64,000 nt of DNA from Iphione sp. A-MEVVRFRX5 (Eukaryota). The stretch covers positions 67,704,001-67,768,000 of the forward strand of contig OZ320315.1 of assembly GCA_976226885.1 (NCBI GenBank), given 5' to 3'. Positions 13,264 to 26,000 of the stretch are shown here, piece after piece. Under the pieces are notes generated by a model, which worked only from the letters and a program-made list of their open reading frames with translations, was not told the origin of the DNA and ran no database searches. Made by a program: the position numbers and the translations under genes. The number at the start of each line of letters is the position of its first letter. Position 1 is the stretch's first letter.

Positions 13264-13478
13264 CTGGGGACCAGCAGCTGCAGCCCCACTTGATCTCTTC
13301 ATCATCGTCGTTGTGGCAGTACCGACAGTGGCGCACACAGCAATAGATGCAACAGGCTACGATGGCCAGAGGGCCAAACACGCAGGGTAGGAGGATGTAC
13401 AGCGGCGGCCGTTTAGGGGCGCTGTCAGAAAGCACATCCGGTTTAGCAGAGGCACGTGATCCGACCTCGTGATCAGCG
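13264..13478 (-). CDS. Shisa-like membrane protein, transmembrane exon
   Basis: Acceptor cctttcttccag| and donor CCAG|gtgag. Encodes the hydrophobic stretch LYILLPCVFGPLAIVACCIYCCV followed by a Cys-rich juxtamembrane segment RHCRYC...GCSC. Confidence 0.85.
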
Positions 13479-16400
13479 CTGGAAGAAAGGCCCACCAGAG
13501 GGCATGACTGCTTTCCTTTGCCGTGAAATTGTTATGCTAGGTGTTGGTTGATAATGAGGTTATTTTATTTCAAGAACTGAGTCTAGTCATGCCACTACTA
13601 TGTTAAGAATTTCGAACCATATTAGTAAAAACACATTTCCTTGTCTTTAATATGAAATTGTACTGCAGTCGTGCACTCTTGGTATCAGCCTTTCTTGAAC
13701 GCCTACACTTCATAACATGATAGTTGGTTAGGAAAAAAACGTCAACATGAGAACAAAAACAAGAACGAACGCAATGAGCAAACCCAACATGCTTTGTTCA
13801 AGGGGTAAAGAACACAAAGACTAACTAATAGTGTCACTTCGAAATGTATCATAAATGCACATGTAACTAATCTAGAGATGGAAACTGTGGTGTCACTCCA
13901 TTTCATCAAAAGGTAATACGTCACGTGTGCAAGAAATGATAGTGTCCTTGAATAAATGCTGCTGTCACAGGGGGCTGTCTCATAGCTTTCATATGATCGT
14001 TGTATTTAAGGACATAACTGGAGTCTGTTTACGTTTGTGAAACTGGATATAGGTGGGACAGGTCATACCATCACCAAAGGCTACAAAACAGGAAAACTTC
14101 CAAAAGATAAAAAGGAAGCATTTATTACATGATCGCAATATTTAGCATTTTATACCCCATAAATTTCTACTGCTTTGAGTAGAAGGAGGAGGAACCAAGT
14201 CACTATTAGGTAAAGGCGATGTTCTGTTATTAGAATTTGCAGCTGATTTACTCTTGCAGTTTGATGTTTCGCTTGCTTTTCATTGGATATTATTTTTGTG
14301 GATAAATTTGCTAGCGTCCATAGCGAAGGTCTGCGCGTGATTACATCATCGCTGAGTTGGCATTAGTCGTGTCTAATACGTCTTGTATGCTGCAGCAACA
14401 TGTTCAAGGTACCTTTTACATATCAGAGACACCTGAGTATTTGATGCTAAAATACGGATTCGTGTCTTCAGTTTTCTCTTTGGGCTCCCGTTTCCCTTTA
14501 ATATAGAATTCTATGTCACACCCTTTTCTTCATGTAATGATCGATAGAACAATACAAGAAGATCTGAGTTTGAGGTATAATTATTTTTCCACTTAGAGTT
14601 CAAACTATGGCGTGGTATTTGAAGAGCGCCACACAGAGGCACAGCAGCTAAGAAAAAATAATGTGTGTGGCATGTTTGAACAGACTACAGTTCTTGGGAT
14701 CTGACGTACACGTTGTGGGGATCATTACATTGTAATACTGGGAGCACTGCTTCTTGGTTTGTTTCAACAAGGGCTCAACTAACTGGTGAATCTGTTAGGG
14801 AGCAATTTGCTTTTTTCCACACCGAGATAATTGGAGCCAGGAGAAAAAGATGCCTCTTCAACGTTTTATGCATCTGCAATCATATCTGGAGCACTGCAGT
14901 GTGATACGCCATGATGAAAGAAACTGGCGGGCGGTTTGCGTGCGTGAAAATGGATACTGTCATGCTTTAGCTGTTACATGTTTATCGTGGGGTCTGCTAT
15001 AACTCAACATACATTTGCGCTGTTAGCTACGTGTTGAGGAACAAAATAAGGGTGGGCTGGAACCACATTGTTTAAAATGTGCATGACACACGTTTGCTTC
15101 GCCGTTAATTATCTATAGCAAAGAAATCGTTTTTCGTACAAAACTTCAAGGTCACAATTTGAACACGTATGGCCTTGACCTAGACGAGCGCAAACCAGTG
15201 TCTTTGGCTTTGATAGGTGCTGGGACAAATGTAGCCTTAGGCAAAGCAGAAAAAGCCAGGTGAAATAATGGAATGTATCACATTAAGGAACATATGGAGT
15301 GAAAATGGCTGCCACTGTAAGCAAAGGAGGAAATCTGCTTCCATTTAACTTACCAGACTGATTCACCCTGCTCTGTCCTCTTATTGCAGCTGCAACAACA
15401 AGGACCAGTGTCATATCTATAGGGTTCCAGAATGGGTGCCCTATACCAAATCTACGCTAGGACTGAAGACATCTGAATAGCGTCAATAAGTCAATATCAT
15501 TGCTTGCTTGTAGGAGACTCGTAGGAACCTCCTCATAGTGTGCCCGTATTCTGCGCTTTTCATATGATATTCACACATTTCACATCATTTATTTGATATT
15601 TGTACCTTTAACTCAAGATTTATATAGAGTACAACGATGTGAAACATGTTCTCACTTTTCTAGGGAGAATGAGTTTAAGGTAGAACAAGAGGTTGTCGTA
15701 CGCAATAGCCTGAATACAACTCTAGCACCTTGTCCTCAAGTACTCATCGGACTGACGAGATGGACATTTGGGACCACCGATGCGGTCTTGTTTGGCACTG
15801 GTTCTCGTAATGGAGCTCCTTTTTTTTTTAACCAGATCTACTACGTCAGTACATAATGAGGCTACGGCGTCTGCCACCAACGTCCGACTCTTGTGCTACT
15901 TTCATTTGCTGCGGTGCGGCCTTTCACTGACTAATTTTGTCCTTTGCGGTTTTTTGTCGGTGCCATTGACGTCTTTCCTCTGAAACCAACCTTCTGCAAA
16001 TTATCCCTGGCGCCGTTGTCCTTTAGAGGGGCTACATGGAAGACTGACATTTTGTTCCATCTATCATTAGCAACATTCATATAGAGAGAGAGGGAATGGA
16101 TAGTACATAGCCACATTCAGGGGCTCACATAGAAACGATGACATGCATCAATAAACAGGCACTCGATGGAAATAAATAACATTGCTGTCAGTACTGAAGT
16201 CTCAATGTTCTCAACAACTTAACCTCGAGAAACATGAACAACATTTCAAACAGCAATGACAATATTAGTGGCAGTGGCTCTCCTGATTACATGGACCACT
16301 CTCTTGATTAAAGGGACTCTTAGTTATGACATTTTGTCATAACTATTGAACGCGATTCTATACATCTATCTCTATTTATGTAGTATTTGGGGCATGAGAA

Positions 16401-16499
16401 AGTGTCTCTAAACCAAGATTTTTTTCATAAATCCCAGTGGGATCTTGAGGTTAAAACATGTTGGTGATCACTGTAACCATCAAGGTTGCTAATACGTAC

Positions 16500-16710
16500 A
16501 GGGTGTGGATTGTGTCTTCAGCCTCTGAGCAGCGGAATCGGTCCCAGGACTGCTGATAGCGGCAGCACAGCACCTTGACACTGGCCGCGCAACAACAGAA
16601 GTCAATGTGCGGCCGGTAGTTGGAGACAGTGCATGCGTGGGTGTAGTGCACATACTGCTGTTGAGTACATCTTCCACCGCCCTCAAGCGTCGATAACGTG
16701 TCGTCTTCGG
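16500..16710 (-). CDS. Shisa-like membrane protein, extracellular Cys-rich exon
   Basis: Acceptor tttcttcttctattgcag| and donor CT|gtacgt; the phase-2 end matches the phase-2 start of the 13478 exon. Encodes C-x11-C-x11-CCC-x7-CC-x10-C, similar to the C*C*CC*C*CC pattern of Shisa/Shisa-like proteins. Confidence 0.75.
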
Positions 16711-16900
16711 CTGCAATAGAAGAAGAAACCGACTTCAGCAAAAATTACCATATAAGGGCAGATCGTTATTAAAGAATATATCGGGAAACATTACACCTGC
16801 CCAGGGTGCGATCTGGAAATAAATCTCGCCATTCGTTTCTCTTTTCATTAGTTTCTCGTTTTTCCCCCAATTCTTTTTACAAGCTCCCCAGGGAAATTAC

Positions 16901-17081
16901 CATTGATTAGGAACAGATGAAGAGGGCCAAAATCGCCATTCTCGTACAATAAGTGGATCACCACTAACGTTATAGAGAGTGGTTGTAAGCGGCTGCAAGT
17001 CACATGGATATATTGACGACCCGGCTGCATATACAAGTCTTCCAAAATCCATAAACATACGTTGCCATTCGGCCGGCACAT
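16901..17081 (-). CDS. Candidate first coding exon of the Shisa-like gene (start uncertain)
   Basis: Phase-1 donor AATG|gtaatt at 16901/16900 fits the 16710 acceptor. The open frame (..PLSITLVVIHLLYENGDFGPLHLFLIN) is only a mediocre signal peptide. Confidence 0.35.
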
Positions 17082-20000
17082 CTAATAACAGAAAGTGAAA
17101 TATTGACACATGCGCTGGTCGTGTGTCCTGTCCCCGCTATCATTAATAGGCGGTGGTCGGGCGCCGATTCGCCGCTAGATTGCGCCACTAATCGTTGCGT
17201 ACGAGGATTGCTTGGTTATACAGGACGGCGGGGAGTCGCTACTTTATCAGACCTGGCTCCATGTCCGCCTAACGCGCCGCACAACGACCGCTGCTTAGCC
17301 GAGCGAGCCGCCGCAACGTCAGGGGCTAATTTAGCGGCAACGAAACATGCTGTCGTTAATCAGCATTGCCGCTGTCTCCGCGATACTCACACCCACACCC
17401 CAGACTTACCGGCTGGGCACTACAGCTGCATCTCTACGGCCAGTGGGCAACAAAACGGCAGGCTCCCCGTGTACTCGCTTAGGGGGACACCCATGGTTTC
17501 TAGAGAAAATGTCCTCATTTAGGGTGTGTCCCCAGTTTTGATTGATAAACTATAAACGATAGGCTTGCTTCCAGCAATATCTGTCGTAATTAAAGAGGTG
17601 GTCCTAGTTCTGGGTCGGCTCAATACGGCGGTTATACTCTACTTTGATGTATCGTCGAACTGATGTTCTAGTCCGAAATTCGCCTTGGATTACTACTTCG
17701 TATGCAGATTGTCTCCAACAGCAAAAATAATCTATCCCCTCGAACCACACCAATAACCGCGCTCAACGAGTAAACCATACGTCTTCCTAGGCATGAACGA
17801 GGCATTTGAAAGTCTTTATTAACGAGTCAATTCGGATTGTTTATGAAGATATTCAAGCGGAATATTCCTGATTTCCCCCTATCTTTGCTGTCATTGTACA
17901 AGGCATTCGGCATTCCGCACGCGTTTGGCGCATATTAAAAAGATGCCCAGAGTAGGGGTCCACTGCACTGCACCAAGCGCCATATCCTGTAAAACGGAAG
18001 TAATACATCAGGCCTAACAGGAAGTCCGACATTGCCGTTGGCGTCTCGCCCTCTCTCATTCAGCCATTATATCCCTCTAATGAAATATTCGGCACTTAAA
18101 TGGGTGCAACCAATCACAAACTGGTCCCTTGCAAGCGTTTCCCCTGAAAAAGGTCCATTACCCTCATAAGAAGCTTAATGATACATATGTTATAGTGGGG
18201 CGACGTAAGTAAAAAGTGGTGAAACAAAAGAGTCGGTAAGGAGTGCCATTAGCTGAGTACCTCCTGACGTCAGAGTAGAGCAGCTTGATGGATATGGTTC
18301 CTGCCTGCAGTGTTTTCTCCTCTGGTTCCAAGGCGGCGACGTGATACATTGGGGCGGCCCGTGCATGACAGCCGGGCGATGATTGACGGTTTCTGCTTGA
18401 CAATTAAAGCATTAGCTGGACGCCGGAAGACGCTAAATCACCCACGTCGGTTAATTCAATTTGAGAAACTCCGGCAACAATGGGTCGCATGCTGGACAGG
18501 TGGCAGCCTGGGCTTGACGCATTGTGCTGTTACCACCGGCGCCCACCGTGCCTCTTGATATATAATCTACGTCGAGGCATCCATAACACCGCCACTTGCT
18601 CACCGTCTTCCATGTTGGGACACAAACAAACCTTCCTGCCTTTATATCAGAGTCACTGCTGCTTTCTATGTGCCACCGGCGATGCACTTGGTTAATTAGT
18701 GAAAGTTCGGTAGATAACTAATCTTGCTCTCTCTTTGCCTGTTATGAATTGTGAGTCCCTCGCTGTAACGCTGCCGTGGTGTTCGCGCTCAACGAATGCA
18801 AATCCCATGCTGAAAGTTGGTATAGCAACAAGTCTTTTTGAATTGATATTCTATGCGTTTCCCCCGTGGAAACATTTCCTTCATTTAACAGATTGATGGT
18901 TTTTCTGTCGGCCACAGATGTCTCTACGTCAAAGATACGGTATTTTCAAAGCGGTAACATTATATATATATGCTTCCCCAGACGGGAGAAAGTTATTAAT
19001 GATGGCATCCATGAGTATGCTGCGTTGAAGCAAATAAACCCTGCCTCTCTAATTAAGGTAATTATGCATGTAATCTTCTGAGATGCATACCCGTATATCA
19101 GGCTTCAGTGTGAGGGGTGAATATGAAGCAATCAAGGAATACTTGGTGTGCTGACTCCGTTAAATCACGAGCCACTCCTTCCCATGCCGGAAAGTGCTTT
19201 ATTACTGAGGGCCTCTTGTGTGAAGTACCCATTGCAAGTGGGCGAACATGGTTGGCTTACGTGACAAAAATGAACGTATACTTGTCTGAGGTTACGGGGA
19301 ACTTGGTAATTGCTTACACATTTCTGTTACACTTCCTTTGTTACACGGTAAACACACTGGCCATTATTCATTGCTGTTCTTGCTGGATGTAGTCTAAAAT
19401 ATTTATCAACCTACCCGATGCGATATTGCTGTATTACAGTGATGCTCATATAAAGAAGCGCTCCTAATGTACCTATTTGCAGCCCAAACATTAACCATTC
19501 GCACCGGCAGATGCGCCTACTACTTACAGCACTGTGCAGCAGTCATATGACTCAAATTGAAATCTGACAGTCGCTCAGCAGACTTCATTTTGTTCGGAAA
19601 GGAAATAATGTTACATACGAGACGCTGCAGCTGCATGTGGCTGCGGTTGTGTTGCGCTAGATGCTATTAATGTAGCATGTTCATAGGGCCGACCTGTCTG
19701 AACCTCCTCTCATGTCTTGCCGGGCCACTTTACTCGTGTCCTCACGCAGACATTCCTGTACTGCCGCACAGGCCTGTCCCCAGCCGACGCCAGAGCTTGC
19801 TTGCCGACTGGCGTATGCTCCCAGAGGAGGAACAATGCATGGTTGGGCACACGTCCGCCTAGCGTGAATCAATGGGAGCTCGTCACTAACACATGGCCTC
19901 CCCGTCATATATAGCCTGCTCCTGGGGGAGGCTGAGCCACTTTACGTGATTGCTCTCTTCCCTTCCCCTCACCCTCTCCCATATCCTTCCAACGTCGCGC

Positions 20001-23000
20001 CGCTTTCATCCGGCAGAGCGTAGATTATTTCCGTCCTGGTTTCAGTGAAAGAATATTCACACAATGGGTCTTTTCTTCAGCGAGGTGGTGTGGCGACTGG
20101 CTGTCGCCGGCGGCAAATGTTTGAATGTATTGCCGAAACCAATTAATGGCCATACGCCTTCCTGCAGGACAGCCCCTACCGGAGAGGTGCCATCAATCCA
20201 CAAAGGCCATCCGTATCTCATGGCTGACAGTCTTATACGAGCGATACCGATGCATTGTGTACGTGATTCATGTGAGCTGACCATACATATCTATGGTACT
20301 TGTCAGCTGGTGCTGCGTTATAACTTTAGCTTGCCTGCTGATATGTCACCCAGGAGAGTGCCAATCTAGTGAAAGGGCCACAGGAAGTTTGATAACAGCA
20401 CGAAATAGTCCATCCCACCCCCTCCTTTCCTTTGATGAAAAGGATACCATGCGAAGGAAATAGAAAAAAGCAATTTCTACCTTTATACATAACATAAGTA
20501 TTTGTATTTGTTATACCTCTCCCGAGCATTTAACACCGAAATGCATATATGTCTGTGTGGAGTGGTACTAAATAAAATGTTGTGCTGCTAGTAAATATGA
20601 CAGGGTATTGACAAGCGTCTGCACAGGGACTTTCGATAAGTGAAAAGAGCCGTCGTATTTGTGCAGGCAGCTCCCACGTGAGAGCCAAAACAAACAGCTG
20701 TCTCATTTCCATCAGGCTGGGATCAGTGGATCAACGTTGATTCCCGAACTAAGCCATAGGCATCTCTTCGCAATAGATCAGATACTAATGACCGTCAGCA
20801 GGGGTGCCTCCTGCTGCCGCTGTTCCTCCTCCTCGACGCTGGGCTGTGGAAACGCGAGTGGCGCGCGTCCTCAACGGTCGTGCTGGTTTGGTGATCAGGC
20901 GTGTTAATCGTTTAGCCGGGGTTTTAGTCGCGGTGAACTGGTGCGTGTCAGCCGCAGCCTCCCCCTCGGGGTCCAGCCTCCCCGCCTGACCCATCCATCA
21001 GGTCCCTTTCACGCAGCTCCATCACAAATGCATGAGCCCAGCACATGCCCGCGAAGCCACCGCCGACCCAATGGGCCCATTGGGGATGCTATGCAGTTAC
21101 AACCATATACATACGCTGAGGAGGACCTCGGCGTTGTGGGCGACGGCTGACAGGAACGTGTTCCGCGTCATCCACAACTAGACCACTAAACCCGACCACA
21201 TCGCTTCGATCATGGCCTACCAGCCACGAGGCGGTCGTAGAGCGCACCGAAGGATTTGCTGCGGGGCGATTGCCTGATGCTAGGGATGGTTTCCTTATAC
21301 TACTTACTGTAGGAACGGTCCCCAAAGTAGAGGCGCACCGATATCAAGTGAGTGTTAAAGGTGACGAATTACTTGGCAAAGCGCTTACTAAGAGTGTATT
21401 GTGTACATCTAGCAGTTGCTATCTGGAATATATATGTAGATATCGGCATGGCACTTTTACTACCCGACCCCCCTTGAATATTTCCATACTTCCCATTCAC
21501 TGTCTTTCTTGCCGCGTCCCAGGCCTTGCCGCAGTCTTGGCATTGCTCATCACGATACCAGCTTGACATCCATCAGGTAGGATGAACGGTCAGTGGCAGG
21601 TGCATGCTCCCACTACTGACACCCCCCGATAACTTATTAACATAAGCTGAATAGGCCTGCTGCCAGGCGCCACTTTCCTATGCGTTAGTCGCCATGGAGA
21701 GAGGTGCGCACTGGGCCATCTCTTGTTAGCTCCTTACAGCAGGTGTCAGTAGAAAAAAGGGATCGCTAGCGAAATGTAAGGGCCGTCTGGCATGCCCAAT
21801 GACCTCTTTATTCCAAGCATGAATCCTATCAAGGGATCGGGTTATTACTTTGAGATTTCGTGTCCGCACGCATACAGGGGGGGTAGCTCGTCAAGGCTCT
21901 CGTGACTACTTGATCTCCGCCGCCGGACCGCCTGCTCTGTAGGTCCGCCCGCCCCGCCTCCCCTGACTACTACCTTCAAGGCAGACAATGAGCGAAAAGT
22001 CCAGAGTCATCTGTCACGCTGGCGGCGCTGGTCGACAAGAACGAGATCCAATCACGGCTCCGCAAAGAGGAGTTCCCCGCAGGTGATTCGCAGGCGGCTC
22101 GTGGCCGCGAGGCGACAGGACCAACACAAGGACGGTGATGAAGTTCCAACCTGATCAGCGTCTTCACCCAAAAGAAGGTGATTTGGGCGTCGAGAGTTGG
22201 TCGTGAGGGGCGTGATGCCTTCTGTAATGTGTTGTGAGGTGGTTTCTAGAGTAAGACGACCATTCAAAGGTGGCATCTGTTCAATCAAACTTCAGAACCT
22301 CTACGTCTCTCTGTCGGATGGCCTTTCCCACGAAATCTGCAGAGAATGTTTGGGGCTGCATTTGTTTATCACCCGTAGCATTAAGAAAACCAGTATTCTT
22401 TTCTATAAAACACGCCAATAGTTAATACCTGATTACATGTAGGAAGATGTTAAGTAGAGGATTCTATGAAGGATGAGATGCAAGTATAAGACTTCGTCCA
22501 TACATCCATGTCCTTCTCACGGATGTATGGACGGATGTCACTTCCACAGCATATTAAAAAGACCACGCGCGTGTGATGATTCCCTTCACTACTGATGATT
22601 GCATCAAAAAGCTTTTCAAAGTTCGAAGGCATCGTTTCCGTTCGCAGTGCCCAACCATTGGGATAATTTCTCTATTACAGCCCCAGAGTTTATGTGTGGG
22701 AAGCTTTCTATGAAATATCCATAAGAAATACTTGAGATATGCTTTGGTTACTCCATTTTAACAGCACTCATTTTCATAGTACATGTACATTTCACACGTA
22801 GTATGAAACATTCACTCGATATCTTAGCAGTGCACTATTTGCCTACGTCTCCATGCAAAGTAAAATCTTGAATGTTATTTCTAACCCAAAGATCATTTTG
22901 AAACAGAATGATTTTAATGGCGTGATGACAAAATGAAAACAGATTCCATTTCCGAGCTAGTGTGTTGTGTGCACTTTTCCAGTGCCCCCTTCTCACTGGT

Positions 23001-26000
23001 GTCTTTGAGTGGACATTTCCCGGTCTTACAGAAGCTTCAATATGAAGGCCTCTATTTCATTTCCCCCTCAATGATATGATGATATATCACTGTGCCCCGG
23101 GGCGGATGATCCCCCCGGATCTGGAAAGGCTGCGTTCATCAAGTGGCCGCAGAACGCTTGTTGACCACGTCAATGGGAGCGACCTCCTCTACCCGCACCA
23201 GGAGGAGGCGGCCATGATGTGCCGTCACGCGCTCCTCGCGCTCCTTGTGGCTTTCGACTACATTAAGGTCAGCCGCACCATCGTCTCGCGAATTACGTAT
23301 TCCGCATGGGCCATTTGCGCTCCCTGGTGGGGATTGACTAGCGGAGACAGCGCGGCCAAAGCGCGAGGAGATGATGTGTGTTTTGCTCGTAATACTAACC
23401 CCACAGAGAGGCTTCGATGGCCGCGGAATACAGTGGTACGTGGCTGCGGACCCGGATACGCACCGATCAGTGATAGGCACTATACAGGCTTCACGAGACA
23501 GAGTCTTAAATGACATCATACATTCAGCCCCAAGGTATATTTCTGAGCAAACCACTGGCGGGGAACGTTTTTTTCAATGACTTAAAATAGACATGCCTAT
23601 TATCAACGGAAGTCTGTCCTACGTCCCAGTATAACCCAGATGCGGTGGCGAAAACCAATACGGGTATGCGAAACATCATTGGAAATGCCACATTTGGCCT
23701 CTGGGCGGAAATAATTCGCACATGGTCTCATCGAAAGGAATTCCGGCAGATGTTGTGAATTTGCACCTGCTGACTCGTGGTGTATGTCGTCTTGGGACCG
23801 GGAGAAGGTGGGCGGCATCCTGCATGTGGCGTCTCGATGGCTGTGTCAATTCTCATGGAATTATTTCTATAAGCATAGCCATTACCGACCTTTCACCGAG
23901 AGGCTGCAGTGACCCCCGGCTGTCCGGCCGCGTCTAGATTACCGTAATTACCAGCACCGATCGATCGACACCGGAAGTGTCCGGCGAGAAAGTCTTGTCA
24001 GGCCATCAGGGGGCAGGCGGGTCGACCGCCGCTCACGCAGAAGTAGGGACCGGTTGTAAATCCCGCGTGGCACAAGCTGCTGACACACACCTGAAAGGCA
24101 CTGCTATGGCGTGCCTATAAAAAGGCTCTAGGATTATCCCTGGGGTAGGTTCGTTAGCCCCAGCAGATCCGGCCTTAATTGAAAGCTATTCTTCTCAGGG
24201 ATAGATGGGCCGAGTTATGTGGGTGAAGCGGGCGGTGAAGGCGAGCAGGACTCGGAGCTGGCTTTACCTGTCATAAATGACCGGCTGCACATCACAATAA
24301 TAGTCAATAAGACGAAGCCGGCTCTCCGGAGGTGTCACTTGCAAGCACTTCCCAAGAGATAACTTATTAAATATTCGACTACTGGCACGCAAATGGCGTT
24401 TAAGACTTGAGTTGTACATCGACAGTTATGTCCCGTACTCTAAATACTGAAAAAAACTGTTCTGGCTATAGAAACAATAAACAATGATGCCGCCCCTCGG
24501 GAAGTCGGTTCCTGGCGTGGCTTCATTAACTTATTGAATTAATCAAGCTATCTGCAGAACTACTGGCTCTTTCAAGTGAACAAAAAACTCAGTTCAGATA
24601 GTCATTCATGTATGATCTAGTTTAATGTGATTGTCTGTGATTCTAGAGTTGTCTTATTTCGCTGCATCCGTCAATTACGCTGATGTGATTTAATCAGTCT
24701 AATAGCCGCACGGAATTAAATGAAAAAAGTGGTAGCCACTAACACTGAAGCTACGTCTTCGATACAACAGCACTGAGAAGTTGTCAGTACCAAAGTTCCA
24801 CTCTTGACTGCCAGGTGTCATCTAACGTCATTGCCATTTGCGTCACGTGAGCCTTGCTATTTACCAGCCGAGATCACCACATCCGTTCTCGATTATCGTT
24901 CATAGAAGGCAGAACAATACCACTGTAGGCGCAGCGACGCAAACGTCCTGACATATTTCTTGCAGACGAACGCCTTCGAATCGTCGCCGTCGCCAACTAC
25001 TATTGCCTGCTCGCAGCCACCTTCGGCACAACGCAGAATAATGACAAATTCCTCACGTCCCTGTCGCCGGCAATTCCGACCGCAATTAATCACATGGCCA
25101 TGGTACTGGAAGGAAGCCATGTGCCAGAAGCCATACGTTGCCCCTACAGTGTAATTGTCGGCCGAGACTCACACGTCCTTGAGGTGCTGCTAGAAACACC
25201 TACGCGCTGGGGGTAGGGGTTAGGGGGGGTGGTGGCTAACGCGGCTAAAGCATTATATGCGTACATCGCCCTTCACTCTGGGGAGAAAGGCGGCACATTT
25301 GTTGTGCAGAAACAGAAGTCGTGTACGGGCGGGACTATATCACACCGAGGTACAATAGCCAAGGCATGAGGTGCTTGGTGGATCAACCAATCCCTAATGG
25401 ATTAAGTGTGTAATGTGACTACGTGTGAAAATAAGTGGCACGTTAACCTCACAAGACAGTCCATCGCTAGAACGCGGAAGAAGAACTGACTTTCTTGAAA
25501 ACAATTCGATAAATGAATCGGTGCCCCTGACGCGAATGGCACAATTTCCCCACTGATAGTTCGAAAACCGCTGCTGCTGCAAGGCCACTCCTGACTGTTA
25601 CTCGGTTTACTGGAGGTCCCTAGAATGATGATAGGATCACGAACTATGCACAGCTATCGCCGGTCAATCGATACCGACTCGAGGTAAAACCAGAGATCGA
25701 CGAGGCTCTTCGGCGTCCCTCCTTCTTTGTCACAGATAACGAGACTAAAAAGATTTAGCTATGAGCTCGGCCCGGCAAGGTCGCTGTGCAAGTTGGCCGA
25801 GCGCTAACAACTTGCATTCGCCGATATTACCACAACGGACGGCGCCTTACATATATATCAGCGCGTCCATTTGATAGAGCGGCCAGCCTGCTGCCTCGGA
25901 AAGGGTGGCCTTTCCACGACTCCGCCATTAATTGGTGGACATTGTCCGCAGTATGGGAGGAGTGAGGGCTCCGAGTTGGGGCGGCGGTTTTAAAGAGGGG

